The translations under genes were made by a program, and so were the position numbers. From the NCBI GenBank assembly GCA_030747035.1, contig JASLLM010000001.1, positions 1 to 61,732 on the forward strand: a stretch of DNA of 61,732 nucleotides. The letters run 5' to 3'. The stretch is from Alphaproteobacteria bacterium (lineage in GTDB: Bacteria; Pseudomonadota; Alphaproteobacteria; GCA-2731375). The notes under the pieces were generated by a model. The model was not told the DNA's origin. It saw only the letters and a list, made by a program, of their open reading frames with translations, and made no database searches. Below are positions 33,803 through 43,844 of the stretch, in pieces (position 1 is the first letter of the stretch; every line of letters starts with the position of its first letter).

Positions 33803-36148
33803 TTAAATCGCAACATCATGATTTTCCGCAAATTGAGTCAAAGCATCGCGCAAACTATGTTCGGGAGACTCATATATGTTCGTCATAAATTCCTGCAAGG
33901 CAGGCAAATCAAGGCTTTTTACCATCATTTTTACCGGCCCGATGGAGGCCGCACCCATGGATATACTACGCAGACCGAGGCCGATCAGCGCCATGGCATC
34001 CACCGGCCGCCCGGCCGCCTCGCCGCACAGGCTGACCGGCACCGCCGCGGCGGCGCAGTTTTGTACAATATCCCGCACAATTGAAAGGGCCGAGGGGCTC
34101 AATTCGTCATAGCGGTTGGCCAAACGCGGATTGCCCCGGTCCGAGGCGAACAGAAACTGCATCAAATCGTTGCTGCCGATCGAAATGAAATCAACCAGGG
34201 GCAACAGCGCGCTCAATTGCCAAGCCAGGGATGGCACTTCCAACATGGTGCCGACACGCAGGGACGAGGGGCCTTCCTCGCCCATGCGGCTCTGCCGCTC
34301 GACCTCGCGGTCGAGCAGGGCACGTGCCGCCACAAACTCCGAAACTTCGGCAATCATCGGGAACATAATGGCCAGGGGACGGCCTTCAGCAGCCTTCAAA
34401 AGGGCCCTGATCTGCATACGCAACAGCACCGGCCGGTCCAGGGATAGCCGGATTGCGCGCCAGCCCATGGCCGGGTTTTGTTCATCGTCGTAGCGGGTCA
34501 GATAGGGCAGCATCTTGTCGCCACCCACATCGAGGGTCCGAAAAACCACCGGACGGTCGCCGGCCTGATCCAAAACCCGGCTGTAAAATTCCGTTTGCAT
34601 GGATACGGTCGGCAGCGTTGCCCGAACCATGAAATGCAATTCGGTGCGGTATAGACCTATGCCGTCGGCGCCGGTTTCATCGAGATGAGGCAGATCAGCC
34701 AACAACCCGGCGTTCAAGTTAAGGTGGATACGGGTGCCATCCTTGCTCACCGCCGGTTGGTCGCGCAGCGCGGCATACTGCGCCGCCTTGGCCTGGCGCA
34801 GTTCCAGATTGGCACCAAACGCTTCCAGGGCATCGGCGCCGGGGCGCACGAACAATTGCCCATTGTCGCCATCGACGACCAGATCATCGCCACTATCCAC
34901 CACTTCCAGCAATTGATCCAACCGGCCAATAACCGGGATTTGCAGTGCCCTGGCTACGATGGCCACGTGTGACGTCGGCGAACCTTCTTCCAGCACCAAG
35001 GCCTTGATCCGGTTGACGTCGTAGTCCAGCAATTCCGCCGGCCCCATGTTCCAGGCCACCACCACGGCCTGATCCGGCAAATCGCCGTCGCTCAATTGCC
35101 CGCCGTTGTTCGTCAAATGGCGCATCAGGCGATTGGACAAATCCTCCAGGTCGTGCAGACGTTCGCGCAAATAAGCATCGCCGATTTCCGACATTCTGGC
35201 CCGGTTCTCAACCTGCACCCGCTCAACCGCCGCCTCCGCCGTCAAACCACTCTGCACCGCCTCATGCATGCGCGCCATCCAACCCTTGTCGTGGGCGAAC
35301 ATGCGGTAGGTTTCCAGAATATCGCGGGATTCGCCGCTGGGCTCGGCGATCGCCGCCTGCAGCATGCCATCGACCTGTGTACGCAACTCGGCAATCGCGG
35401 TGTTCAGACGCGCCGCCTCGTCATCCACATCATCGGCAACATGCTGTTCGACCACGATGCGGGGTTCGTGCAAAACCGCCACGCCGCGGGCCAGCCCGTC
35501 GTTCAGGGCAAGCCCGGCCAGGCGCATCGGCAAGCCGTCAGACCCGATGGTGCCGACCCCCGGCACTTCCTCCTGCAAGGCGCCGCCGACCATTTCCGCC
35601 AGCACCATGGCGATGGTCTGCATCGCCTCGATCTCGTCGCTCAAATAGTCCCGGTTGGTTTTGTTCTGCACCACCAGCACACCGACCACCCGGCCGCCAC
35701 GCAGTACCGGCACCCCCATCAGGGAATGGTAATCCTCCTCACCGGTTTCCGGGCGGGCCGCGAAATTGGGGTGTGAACGCGCTTCCGACAGAGCCATGGG
35801 CTTGGCCAATTGGGCAATCTGGCCAACCAGGCCTTCACCGACCCGCAACACGGTCTGGTGGACGGCGCTGCGCTTCAGGCCCTCGGTTGCGAACAACTCC
35901 AGCACGCCGTCGCGCAGCAGATAGATCGAACACACTTCCGCCACCATATTTGCCGCGATGACGGTAACCAACTGGTCCATCCGCGCCTGCGCATCGCCCG
36001 GGCCGGCCATGACCTCGCGCAGCCGGCGCAGCAGGATGCGCGGCCCCGATGGACCCGCGGCATTCACGCCGACAACTCCGCCCGGATCCACAGGCTCCCA
36101 TGGGCCGTCTTTATGTCGGTAAGCTGGTTCAAGCGGCATCCAACCCAT
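33803..36148 (-). CDS. ptsP: Phosphoenolpyruvate-protein phosphotransferase PtsP (EI-Ntr, GAF + EI domains)
   Basis: N-terminal GAF domain, EI phosphohistidine region, C-terminal PEP-utilising domain (SIGSNDL). The longest ORF is given. A GTG at 36067 (RBS GGAG; MNAAGPSGPRILLRRLREV) would give a more typical length of about 754 aa and remove the overlap with lysC. Confidence 0.9.
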   Translation of the reverse strand: MGWMPLEPAYRHKDGPWEPVDPGGVVGVNAAGPSGPRILLRRLREVMAGPGDAQARMDQLVTVIAANMVAEVCSIYLLRDGVLELFATEGLKRSAVHQTVLRVGEGLVGQIAQLAKPMALSEARSHPNFAARPETGEEDYHSLMGVPVLRGGRVVGVLVVQNKTNRDYLSDEIEAMQTIAMVLAEMVGGALQEEVPGVGTIGSDGLPMRLAGLALNDGLARGVAVLHEPRIVVEQHVADDVDDEAARLNTAIAELRTQVDGMLQAAIAEPSGESRDILETYRMFAHDKGWMARMHEAVQSGLTAEAAVERVQVENRARMSEIGDAYLRERLHDLEDLSNRLMRHLTNNGGQLSDGDLPDQAVVVAWNMGPAELLDYDVNRIKALVLEEGSPTSHVAIVARALQIPVIGRLDQLLEVVDSGDDLVVDGDNGQLFVRPGADALEAFGANLELRQAKAAQYAALRDQPAVSKDGTRIHLNLNAGLLADLPHLDETGADGIGLYRTELHFMVRATLPTVSMQTEFYSRVLDQAGDRPVVFRTLDVGGDKMLPYLTRYDDEQNPAMGWRAIRLSLDRPVLLRMQIRALLKAAEGRPLAIMFPMIAEVSEFVAARALLDREVERQSRMGEEGPSSLRVGTMLEVPSLAWQLSALLPLVDFISIGSNDLMQFLFASDRGNPRLANRYDELSPSALSIVRDIVQNCAAAAVPVSLCGEAAGRPVDAMALIGLGLRSISMGAASIGPVKMMVKSLDLPALQEFMTNIYESPEHSLRDALTQFAENHDVAI

Positions 36149-37349
36149 ATGCGGAGTGCAGGCTGCGTACAGCCAGTTCAGTGTATTCGGCCCCGATCAG
36201 CACGGAAATCTTGATCTCCGAGGTCGATATTGCGTGAATATTGATGCCCTTTTCGGACAGGGCCGAAAACATGCTCTGGGCCACGCCGGCGTGACTGCGC
36301 ATGCCCACGCCAATTACCGAGACCTTGACCACCTCGCCATCGGCGATGATTTCCTGAAAGCCGATCGCCTCGCGATGCTCGGCCAAAATGCCCTGGACGC
36401 GGGGCAGATCGCCGCGCGACACGGTGAAGGTAATATCGGTACTGGTGCCGTCGGGCGAAGCACTCTGCACGATCATGTCCACATTGACATTCGCCTCCGC
36501 CAACGGGCCGAACACCGCCGCCGCCACGCCGGGACGGTCGGAGACATGCAATAACGTTACCTTGGCCTCGTCGCTTGCATAGGTAATACCACTGACCACC
36601 GCTTGTTCCACGATCTCATCCTCGTCAACAACTAAAGTACCGGGAGCATCATTGAAGCTGGAAAGGACCTGCACCCGCACCCGGTGATTCATGGCCAGTT
36701 CGACCGATCGGGTCTGCAGCACCTTGGCGCCCTGGGACGCCATTTCCAGCATTTCTTCGTAAGTTATTCTATCAAGTTTCCGGGCCGCCGTCACGATGCG
36801 GGGATCGGCGGTATAAACACCATCAACGTCGGTATAGATGTCGCAGCGGTCAGCCTCCAGGGCGGCAGCCAGCGCCACCGCCGTCGTGTCTGAACCACTG
36901 CGGCCCAACGTGGTGATGCGGTTATTGGGAGAAATCCCCTGAAAACCGGCGACGACGGCAACCTCGCCCGCCGCCATGCGCTGAATAATATCGCCGCCTT
37001 CGATATCCTCGATCCGGGCGCTGCCATGCACGCCATCGGTGCGGATGGGGATTTGCCAGCCTTGCCAGGAGCGGGCCGAAACACCCTTTTCCTGCAGCGC
37101 CATGGCCAAAAGCCCAATGGTCACCTGTTCACCCGAGGATACCACGGCATCATACTCCCGGGCATCATGCAGGCTGCTCATGGCCTGGGTCCATTCAATC
37201 AATTGATTGGTGGTTCCCGCCATGGCGGAGAGCACCACCGCGACCTGATTGCCGTCACCCGCCACCTGCGCCACCCGGTCGGCGACATGACGAAGGCGTT
37301 CCACGTCGGCCACCGACGTGCCGCCGAATTTCATTACTATGCGTGCCAT
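36129..37349 (-). CDS. lysC: Aspartate kinase
   Basis: ATG 37349 (MARIVMKFGGTSVADV). Amino-acid kinase domain plus two C-terminal ACT domains. Confidence 0.94.
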   Translation of the reverse strand: MARIVMKFGGTSVADVERLRHVADRVAQVAGDGNQVAVVLSAMAGTTNQLIEWTQAMSSLHDAREYDAVVSSGEQVTIGLLAMALQEKGVSARSWQGWQIPIRTDGVHGSARIEDIEGGDIIQRMAAGEVAVVAGFQGISPNNRITTLGRSGSDTTAVALAAALEADRCDIYTDVDGVYTADPRIVTAARKLDRITYEEMLEMASQGAKVLQTRSVELAMNHRVRVQVLSSFNDAPGTLVVDEDEIVEQAVVSGITYASDEAKVTLLHVSDRPGVAAAVFGPLAEANVNVDMIVQSASPDGTSTDITFTVSRGDLPRVQGILAEHREAIGFQEIIADGEVVKVSVIGVGMRSHAGVAQSMFSALSEKGINIHAISTSEIKISVLIGAEYTELAVRSLHSAYGLDAA

Positions 37350-37489
37350 AACCTCACCTGGCGGCGCCGGTCGCCCATTGCCGCCCACATTCATCCACCA
37401 AACGGACCATTGTCGCCAGTGGGCGGCTATACATACTCAAAGGGCACGGTTCATACAAGTAATGCAGCCCATCCAGAGCCGAAGGAGCG

Positions 37490-37744
37490 TCAATTGGCCT
37501 CATGTATCGCAACATCCCGCCCCGAAGCCGACAAAAATGCCAGGCCCGAAGGGGTGATCCGCACCATCGCGCCCTTGCCTGCCTGAATTTCGCGGCGCAG
37601 CAGTTTCCGCTCCACCGCGTCCTCCCATATGGTCAGACGCGGGCATGACGTCCGCCATGCCTCCATCACCTCATCATAGGGCCGGGGCCGCTGGGCAACC
37701 CACTGCACCAGATCAAGTATCAGAGCATCATTGGCCGAGGTCAT
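37490..37744 (-). CDS. Small hypothetical protein (84 aa), possibly winged-helix-like
   Basis: Strong RBS (GGAAGGAGG 5 nt upstream of the ATG) and a coding-like composition. It fills most of the lysC-ubiG gap. No motif I can assign. Confidence 0.6.
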   Translation of the reverse strand: MTSANDALILDLVQWVAQRPRPYDEVMEAWRTSCPRLTIWEDAVERKLLRREIQAGKGAMVRITPSGLAFLSASGRDVAIHEAN

Positions 37745-37782
37745 CGCAGCCTCCTTCCACTCTCAGCTGGCAAATTCGCTGC

Positions 37783-37813
37783 TTCACATATGGGGCGCAT
37801 TTTCCTATGTGAA
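37783..37813. promoter_or_regulatory. Perfect 8-bp inverted repeat TTCACATA-N15-TATGTGAA in the divergent region between the 84-aa ORF and ubiG
   Basis: Read directly. Lies 39-69 nt upstream of the small ORF start and about 95 nt upstream of the ubiG ATG. Confidence 0.4.
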
Positions 37814-37906
37814 AGTGTGTTAGCATCTGCCGCAATCGCTGGTGCGCAGGCATCAGCCCGGCCATTGCACCGCTTTCGGCAGGGAATAGTAGCAAAAAGG
37901 ACGGCC

Positions 37907-38656
37907 ATGGCCCAGACGACCAGCGCGGCCAGCATAGATCCGGCGGAAATCGGCCGTTTTGACCGCGTGGCGGCGGAATGGTGGGATGCCGACGGGCCCA
38001 TGGCGCCGCTGCACCGCCTAAATAGACCACGGATGCAATACAGCCGGGAAAAGCTGTGTGTTCACTTCGATCTGAATGACACTGATTTACGGCCGTTATC
38101 GGGCCTGAATTTGCTGGATGTCGGCTGTGGCGGCGGGCTGCTGTCGGAGCCGTTCGCGCGCCTGGGCGCCACCGTCGTCGGTATCGATGCGGGCGAGGAC
38201 AATATTGCCGCCGCCAAGGCCCATGGGGCCAGCGTGGGCCTGGAAGTGGACTATCGAAGCATGGCGGCCGAGGAATTGGCCGCCACGGGCGCGTTGTTCG
38301 ATGTGGTGGTCAGTATGGAGGTGATTGAGCATGTCGCCGATGTCGCCGGCTTCATGACGGCCCTGGTAAACCTCACCCGGCCGGGCGGGGCCCTGTTGCT
38401 GGCGACCCTGAACCGCACGCCGCGCTCGTATCTGACGGCGATCCTGGGCGCCGAGTACATGTTGCGCTGGCTGCCCGTGGGCACGCACGAATGGAGCCGT
38501 TTTCGCAAACCGGCGGAGCTGGGCCGGCACCTGCGTCAGGCAGGGGCCGAACTGCGGGATGTCACGGGCATGCGCTATTGGCCTCGCCAGGACGAATGGC
38601 AGTTATCAAGGGATGCCGGCGTGAACTATCTGGCTTACGCGGTGCGGCGTGAATAA
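37907..38656 (+). CDS. ubiG: Bifunctional 3-demethylubiquinol 3-O-methyltransferase / 2-polyprenyl-6-hydroxyphenol methylase
   Basis: Internal ATG 37907. Contains F...A..WWD..G, SAM motif LLDVGCGGGLLSE, and RWLPVGTHEW. Confidence 0.92.
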   Translation: MAQTTSAASIDPAEIGRFDRVAAEWWDADGPMAPLHRLNRPRMQYSREKLCVHFDLNDTDLRPLSGLNLLDVGCGGGLLSEPFARLGATVVGIDAGEDNIAAAKAHGASVGLEVDYRSMAAEELAATGALFDVVVSMEVIEHVADVAGFMTALVNLTRPGGALLLATLNRTPRSYLTAILGAEYMLRWLPVGTHEWSRFRKPAELGRHLRQAGAELRDVTGMRYWPRQDEWQLSRDAGVNYLAYAVRRE

Positions 38657-39208
38657 TCAATCGGCCTCATAGTAATCCGGGAAATAGTCGCGGACATAGG
38701 TGCTGTTCAGGGCGTAGGCGTAGCATGAATTGCGCAGCCCGGGGCTGAGGTATAGATGGCCGTCGCCCTTGTCTTCCATGTTCTCCACCACCTCGAACAG
38801 GGACTGCATCGCCGTGGTGGCCATTTGCGCCAGCATCTCGTTCAGGTGCGTGCAACCGACAACGCCGCCCAGGCGTTCGCGAATGGCACGGTTCCAGCCC
38901 GGCCCCATTTTCAAACCTACCAACTGGCTATAGTTCGGCGCGGCCAGGTGACAGGGGCCATGGGCGCCCACGTCCATTTGCGCCTCCGCCGCCTGAACCA
39001 CCAAATCCATGCCGACCGTCAGGCGCAGCCACATATCATGCACCGGTTGGTCCGCCGTGCGCTCGCTGTCCAGCATGCTGTAGTCATCTTCCTTGATGTC
39101 CGTGATATGGCCTTCGATATCCCACAGGCCGTCCTGACGCTCGTAGGCCTTCAATTCAAGATTACGCGTATGAGACAAGGTGCGAGGTGCTGGATCACTT
39201 AAGGGCAA
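38657..39208 (-). CDS. DUF2889 domain-containing protein
   Basis: 183 aa with a conserved-looking C-terminal GCTHLNEML segment. Abuts ubiG convergently with no spacer. Confidence 0.7.
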   Translation of the reverse strand: MPLSDPAPRTLSHTRNLELKAYERQDGLWDIEGHITDIKEDDYSMLDSERTADQPVHDMWLRLTVGMDLVVQAAEAQMDVGAHGPCHLAAPNYSQLVGLKMGPGWNRAIRERLGGVVGCTHLNEMLAQMATTAMQSLFEVVENMEDKGDGHLYLSPGLRNSCYAYALNSTYVRDYFPDYYEAD

Positions 39209-39343
39209 GGGTAACTCCTGATGTATTTCACGGCCCGGCCAGGGGCGGCGGGCATCCGCAACAAGGTGATGCGGGTAATCTATGCCAAGAAATCCCTAGC
39301 AAGCAATGCAGGCGGGGAATAAGGGAATGAAATGAATGGGCGT

Positions 39344-40342
39344 TCAGGCCGTCGCGGCGATGGCCCCGTCGCTGTCGTCCGTGGCGGCAGACTGCGGCCA
39401 AACTTCCGTGGGACCCGTGGAGGGCTGCGGCGCCTCGTAACAGTATTCCCAATTCGCCGGATCGGAAAACAGCTTGTGCAGGATCTGGCTGTTGCTTGTA
39501 TGGCCGGGGCGCTGGCCCGCAAAATGGCCAAGGATAGGCCCACCCGCCAGATAAAGATCGCCGACGCAATCCAGCACTTTGTGACGGACGAATTCATCAA
39601 CGTAGCGCAAGCCGCCTTCATTCATGATTTCGTCGTCGCGGCCAACCACGACCGCATTGTCCAGGGAACCGCCCCGCGCCAGACCAAGGTTCATCAAACG
39701 ATCAACCTCGCGCTCAAAGCCAAATGTCCGGGCCCGGCAAATATCCCGTTTGAAGCCGCCGTTGTGCAGGTCGAAATTGCCTGCCTTTTCAGCGATCGCC
39801 GGGCTGTCGAAATCGATTTCCACGGACACCGTGAAACCGTCCGAGGGCAAAAGCGCGGCGCGGCGTTCGCCATCATCAATCTCCACCCAGCGGAGAACGC
39901 GGATGGAGCGGCGGCGGGCCTGTTGGCGCTGCACGCCCGCGCATTCAATCAGGAACACGAAAGGCGCCGAGGAACCATCCATGATGGGTACTTCCGGGCC
40001 ATCCAGTTCGATCCGCACATTGTCGATACCGCAACCGGCCAGCGCGGCCATCAAATGTTCGATCGTAGCAACCTTTACACCGGCATCATTTTGTACCGTC
40101 GTCGACATCACGGTGTCGCTGACCGTATCCCAGCGAGCCGGAACTTCAGCGTTGAGGCCCGCATCAAAGGCGGCATCAACCGCCGAATTCAGGCCCGCGG
40201 CGCCAAGGTCCGTGCGATAGAAGACAACGCCCGTATCCGCCGGCGCGGGATGCAGGCTCATGGCAACCTTCGCGCCGCTGTGTAGAGCCACACCGGAACA
40301 ATTGATTGCATTCTTCAAAGTATGCTGCTGTTTACTTGCCAC
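39344..40342 (-). CDS. lpxC: UDP-3-O-acyl-N-acetylglucosamine deacetylase
   Basis: N-terminus TLKNAINCSGVALHSG, then EHLMAAL, HK.LD..GDL, and GHTSN in the tail. GTG start. Positioned after ftsZ as in most proteobacteria. Confidence 0.94.
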   Translation of the reverse strand: MASKQQHTLKNAINCSGVALHSGAKVAMSLHPAPADTGVVFYRTDLGAAGLNSAVDAAFDAGLNAEVPARWDTVSDTVMSTTVQNDAGVKVATIEHLMAALAGCGIDNVRIELDGPEVPIMDGSSAPFVFLIECAGVQRQQARRRSIRVLRWVEIDDGERRAALLPSDGFTVSVEIDFDSPAIAEKAGNFDLHNGGFKRDICRARTFGFEREVDRLMNLGLARGGSLDNAVVVGRDDEIMNEGGLRYVDEFVRHKVLDCVGDLYLAGGPILGHFAGQRPGHTSNSQILHKLFSDPANWEYCYEAPQPSTGPTEVWPQSAATDDSDGAIAATA

Positions 40343-40547
40343 GTCTTATTGTCCGTCCGTCGTAACTTTGTCTTCGACTAACCATCCAGTTCGCCCAGGC
40401 GCCAACTAGGATTTCGGTATCCGTATCTGCGGGAGTTCCAAGAGCCCGTTATGCAATACAGAATCTTCTTTAAAAAAGAGCACCTTGAACGATGTTATTA
40501 GCAATCGCTCCCAAGATGCTCAAATCAAACTGTATTACATTTCGTTA

Positions 40548-40605
40548 CGGCGCCAACCCGATTAACCATATTCCCTTGGAAATTGGTTAATGCGGGTTGG
40601 CGCCG
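40548..40605 (-). repeat. Long imperfect inverted repeat (21-bp stem, one bulged G, 15-nt loop) 20 nt downstream of the ftsZ stop
   Basis: GGCGCCAACCCGATTAACCA (40549-40568) pairs with TGGTTAATGCGGGTTGGCGCC (40584-40604), extendable by C40548-G40605. No U-tract follows on either strand. Confidence 0.7.
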
Positions 40606-40624
40606 GCCCGTGCCCTCAGTCGTC

Positions 40625-42403
40625 CTAATTCGCCTGGCGGCGCAGGAACGAAGGAATTTCAAGCAAATCCTCTTCGGTTTGCGGCGGCGCCAGGACTGGT
40701 TCCTCGGGTTTCTGCTCCGGCTCCGCCGGTGCCGGCGCGGCCGCTTGGGCCGGCTCGACATGCGCGGGCATGGCCGGCGCCGGGGGTTCGGCCACGTCTT
40801 CCGCCGGGACCTCCGGCGCCACGGCCTGACGCATTCTCTCCGGGCTGCGTGATTCGAGCCGTGGCTGGGCCGGTGCCGGGGCAACCGTTACAGCCGCCTC
40901 GCTGGCCTGTTTACGCCGGAACAGCGAGAAACCCCTGCCTTTACGCTTGGCCGGTCTATCGCTCGGGTTCAGGACTTCCGCTTCGGCCATGGGGTCAGGT
41001 TGATGCAGCGGACTGCGGTCCTTTTCCGGCAGGCTGGCGGCCGGCGCCATAAAGGGACCGTCATCCATGCTGACATCCGCTGAACGTCGCGTGCCCAAGG
41101 CGGCCTGGGCCATGGGCTCGGGCTCCGCCTGGGGCGGTTTCGGCGCCGGAACGCGCTGGCCAAAGGTCAGCGGCAATGCCGGCGGCTCCTCGCTCGCCGT
41201 TAGCGCCGGTTCGGCGGCAGTTTCCGCCTCGGCTCTGGGCGCGGCGGCCATTGCGGGCGCTGCTTCCGCCTTGGCCTCGGCCGCGGCCGCGGCTTCATTG
41301 CCCGGCTCGGGCTGGGTCTCCAGGGCTGGCGCCGGAGGCGCGGCTTCCCCCGCCGGCGCTGTCACCTGGTCGGACACGGGCTTTCCGGCCACGGCGGCCA
41401 GACGCGGCGGCATGATCACCGGCCGCTGGGCACCCGCCTCGATCTCGATGCCGGTTGCCACCACGGAAACCCGCATGCGCCCGTTCAGGCTGTCTTCGAT
41501 GGCCGAACCAACGATGATGTTGGCATTTGGATCGACCTCCTGACGCACCCGGTTGGCGGCTTCATCCAGTTCATACAACGTCAGATCCATGCCGCCGGTA
41601 ATGTTGATCAAGACCCCACGGGCACCCTGCATGGAGACATCGTCCAGCAGCGGGTTGGAAATCGCCGCCTCGGCCGCGTCGATGGCGCGTTTTTCGCCCT
41701 CGGCCTCACCGGTGCCCATCATGGCCTTGCCCATTTCCGCCATCACGGTCTTGACGTCGGCGAAATCGAGATTGATCAGACCGGGATTGATCATCAGATC
41801 GGTGATGCCCCGAACGCCGGAATGCAGCACATCGTCGGCCATCGAAAAGGCATCAGCGAAGGTGGTTTTCTCGTTGGCGATACGGAACAGGTTCTGGTTC
41901 GGGATCACGATCAGGGTATCCACGAAGGTCTGCAACTCTTCGATACCACGCTCCGCCGAAAGCAGCCGCTGACTACCCTCGAACTGAAACGGTTTTGTCA
42001 CCACGCCAACGGTCAGGATGCCTTGCTCGCGCAGCGCCTCGGCGATAACCGGCGCCGCGCCGGTGCCGGTGCCGCCACCCATGCCGGCGGTAATGAAGGC
42101 CATGTGCGTGCCGGCCATGTGATCAAGAATCTGATCGATGGCCTCCTCCGCCGCCGCCCGGCCAACATCCGGACGGGCACCGCATCCCAGCCCTTGGGTA
42201 ATCGCCGCGCCCAATTGGATGCGGCGGTCGGCGGCACTTTGCGCCAGGGCCTGGGCGTCGGTATTGGCAACAATGAACTCGACCCCTTCCAGGCCGGATG
42301 AGATCATGTTGTTGACGGCATTGCCGCCGGCACCGCCCACACCGATCACGACAATCCTTGGCTTTAGTTCGGTCATTTGCGGGGCATTTAGGTTGATGGT
42401 CAT
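40625..42403 (-). CDS. ftsZ: Cell division GTPase FtsZ (long C-terminal linker)
   Basis: [13 protein letters not shown] and the tubulin signature [11 protein letters not shown]. Long Pro/Ala/Glu-rich linker and conserved C-terminal peptide [14 protein letters not shown]. Confidence 0.97.
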   Translation of the reverse strand: MTINLNAPQMTELKPRIVVIGVGGAGGNAVNNMISSGLEGVEFIVANTDAQALAQSAADRRIQLGAAITQGLGCGARPDVGRAAAEEAIDQILDHMAGTHMAFITAGMGGGTGTGAAPVIAEALREQGILTVGVVTKPFQFEGSQRLLSAERGIEELQTFVDTLIVIPNQNLFRIANEKTTFADAFSMADDVLHSGVRGITDLMINPGLINLDFADVKTVMAEMGKAMMGTGEAEGEKRAIDAAEAAISNPLLDDVSMQGARGVLINITGGMDLTLYELDEAANRVRQEVDPNANIIVGSAIEDSLNGRMRVSVVATGIEIEAGAQRPVIMPPRLAAVAGKPVSDQVTAPAGEAAPPAPALETQPEPGNEAAAAAEAKAEAAPAMAAAPRAEAETAAEPALTASEEPPALPLTFGQRVPAPKPPQAEPEPMAQAALGTRRSADVSMDDGPFMAPAASLPEKDRSPLHQPDPMAEAEVLNPSDRPAKRKGRGFSLFRRKQASEAAVTVAPAPAQPRLESRSPERMRQAVAPEVPAEDVAEPPAPAMPAHVEPAQAAAPAPAEPEQKPEEPVLAPPQTEEDLLEIPSFLRRQAN

Positions 42404-42592
42404 GGTCAGGTCTCCTTTACCTATCGGCTCCGGTGCGCAATGCGATATTGCGCCAGTGGGTTAATTTCGGGATGGGTTGATACTGAAAGGGTCGAAACTG
42501 AAGTGGCGTTCGAGTGAAATGATTGTTTGGACAAGATCTCGCTGATGGCATCTTCAGGCCTACCCCCATGGCTGCTGTTGAAATCTTCATGA

Positions 42593-43843
42593 TCAGAAAT
42601 TCTCCTTGAACCAGCGGCCCAGGCGTTGAATTCGGCCGTCACCGCCGCTGTTTTCCGCAAGATGTTCCATATGTTCCTGGCCCGGTCCCCGTTCGGCGTA
42701 CGCCAACAGCCCGGCGGCGGTGGCGAAGGCGGGACCTTCGGTCGCCTCGGCCAGGCCATGCACGCCCAGGGGACGGCCGATCCGCACCTGTTTATCCAGC
42801 ACGCGTGCCGCATGCTCCCTTACCCCGGTCAAAAGGGCAGCTCCACCGGTCAACACCGCGCGCCGCCCGGCGGTCCGCGCCAGGCCCGAGGCCTGCAGGC
42901 GGTCACGCACCAACTCCAAGGTCTCTTCGATCCGGGGCTGAATAATGCCGATCAGCATGGAGCGGGGGATCTGCTGCACCGCATCGGCGCCGCTTTCCCC
43001 CACCCGGGGCACGCTGACCATGGCGTGTTCATCGTCGGGACCGGCCACGGCGCTGCCATGCAGGGTTTTCAACCGTTCGGCGTGGGCCGAGGCGGTGGAC
43101 AGGCCGCGGGCGATATCGTTGGTGACATGATTGCCGCCAACCGGCACCTGGTCGGTATGGATCATATGACCGTCATAAAAGACCGCGACATCGGTGCTGC
43201 CGCCGCCCATGTCGATCAGGGTCACGCCCAGGTCCATTTCATCCTCGACCAGGGTGGAAAAGCCCGAGGCATAGGGCGCCACCACCAGGGCCGCGATCTC
43301 CAAATGGCAGCGTTCCGCCAACAGTTTTAGATTGCGCAAGGGTCCCACGGCGGCGGAGACCACATGCAGCCGCAGCCCGAGGCGGGAGCCGAACATCCCC
43401 CGCGGCTCGCGATAGCCAGGCGTGCCGTCAATGCAGTAGCCGGCGGGAATGGTATTCAGTATTTCCCGCCCCTCACTGACCCGCCGGGCCAGCAGATGGG
43501 CCTGGGCCAGGGCCCGTTTCAGGTCCCGCTCGCCAATCTCATGACCGGCGATGTCCGTTTCAACATCGATCAGACGTGACGCCGGCCGGCCGCCGGAAAA
43601 GCTCAACAGCACGCTATCAACCCGCTCCTTGGCCATGCGTTCGGCGGCATCCACGGCGCCGCGCACGGCTTCCTCCGCCTGTTCCATATCCACCACGGCG
43701 CCCGCGCGCATGCCTCTGGCAATCTGATGGCCGATGCCGATCACCCGCATACCGCCGACGCCGTCGGGCCGGGCGATAAAGCAGCAGACCTTGGTGCTGC
43801 CAATATCCAATGCGGTGATCAGACCATTCTTGCCCACGGCCAT
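42593..43843 (-). CDS. ftsA: Cell division protein FtsA
   Basis: Actin-fold motifs (ALDIGSTKV, DMGGGSTD). 416 aa, in dcw position. Confidence 0.95.
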   Translation of the reverse strand: MAVGKNGLITALDIGSTKVCCFIARPDGVGGMRVIGIGHQIARGMRAGAVVDMEQAEEAVRGAVDAAERMAKERVDSVLLSFSGGRPASRLIDVETDIAGHEIGERDLKRALAQAHLLARRVSEGREILNTIPAGYCIDGTPGYREPRGMFGSRLGLRLHVVSAAVGPLRNLKLLAERCHLEIAALVVAPYASGFSTLVEDEMDLGVTLIDMGGGSTDVAVFYDGHMIHTDQVPVGGNHVTNDIARGLSTASAHAERLKTLHGSAVAGPDDEHAMVSVPRVGESGADAVQQIPRSMLIGIIQPRIEETLELVRDRLQASGLARTAGRRAVLTGGAALLTGVREHAARVLDKQVRIGRPLGVHGLAEATEGPAFATAAGLLAYAERGPGQEHMEHLAENSGGDGRIQRLGRWFKENF

Positions 43844-43844
43844 G

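Noticed and set aside
36129-36148. Apparent 20-nt overlap between the lysC stop and the ptsP start.
   Set aside because: Probably an artefact of taking the longest ORF. A GTG at 36067 with a GGAG RBS gives a PtsP of more typical length and no overlap. lysC-ptsP adjacency is itself a common alphaproteobacterial arrangement as far as I recall.
40625-41500. Unusually long FtsZ (592 aa) with a Pro/Ala/Glu-rich C-terminal linker.
   Set aside because: Long disordered linkers before the conserved C-terminal peptide are normal for alphaproteobacterial FtsZ, so this is not an anomaly.
42435-42453. 7-bp inverted repeat GCGCAAT-N5-ATTGCGC in the ftsA-ftsZ spacer.
   Set aside because: It is short and unremarkable in a 189-bp regulatory spacer known to carry ftsZ promoters, so it cannot be distinguished from chance.
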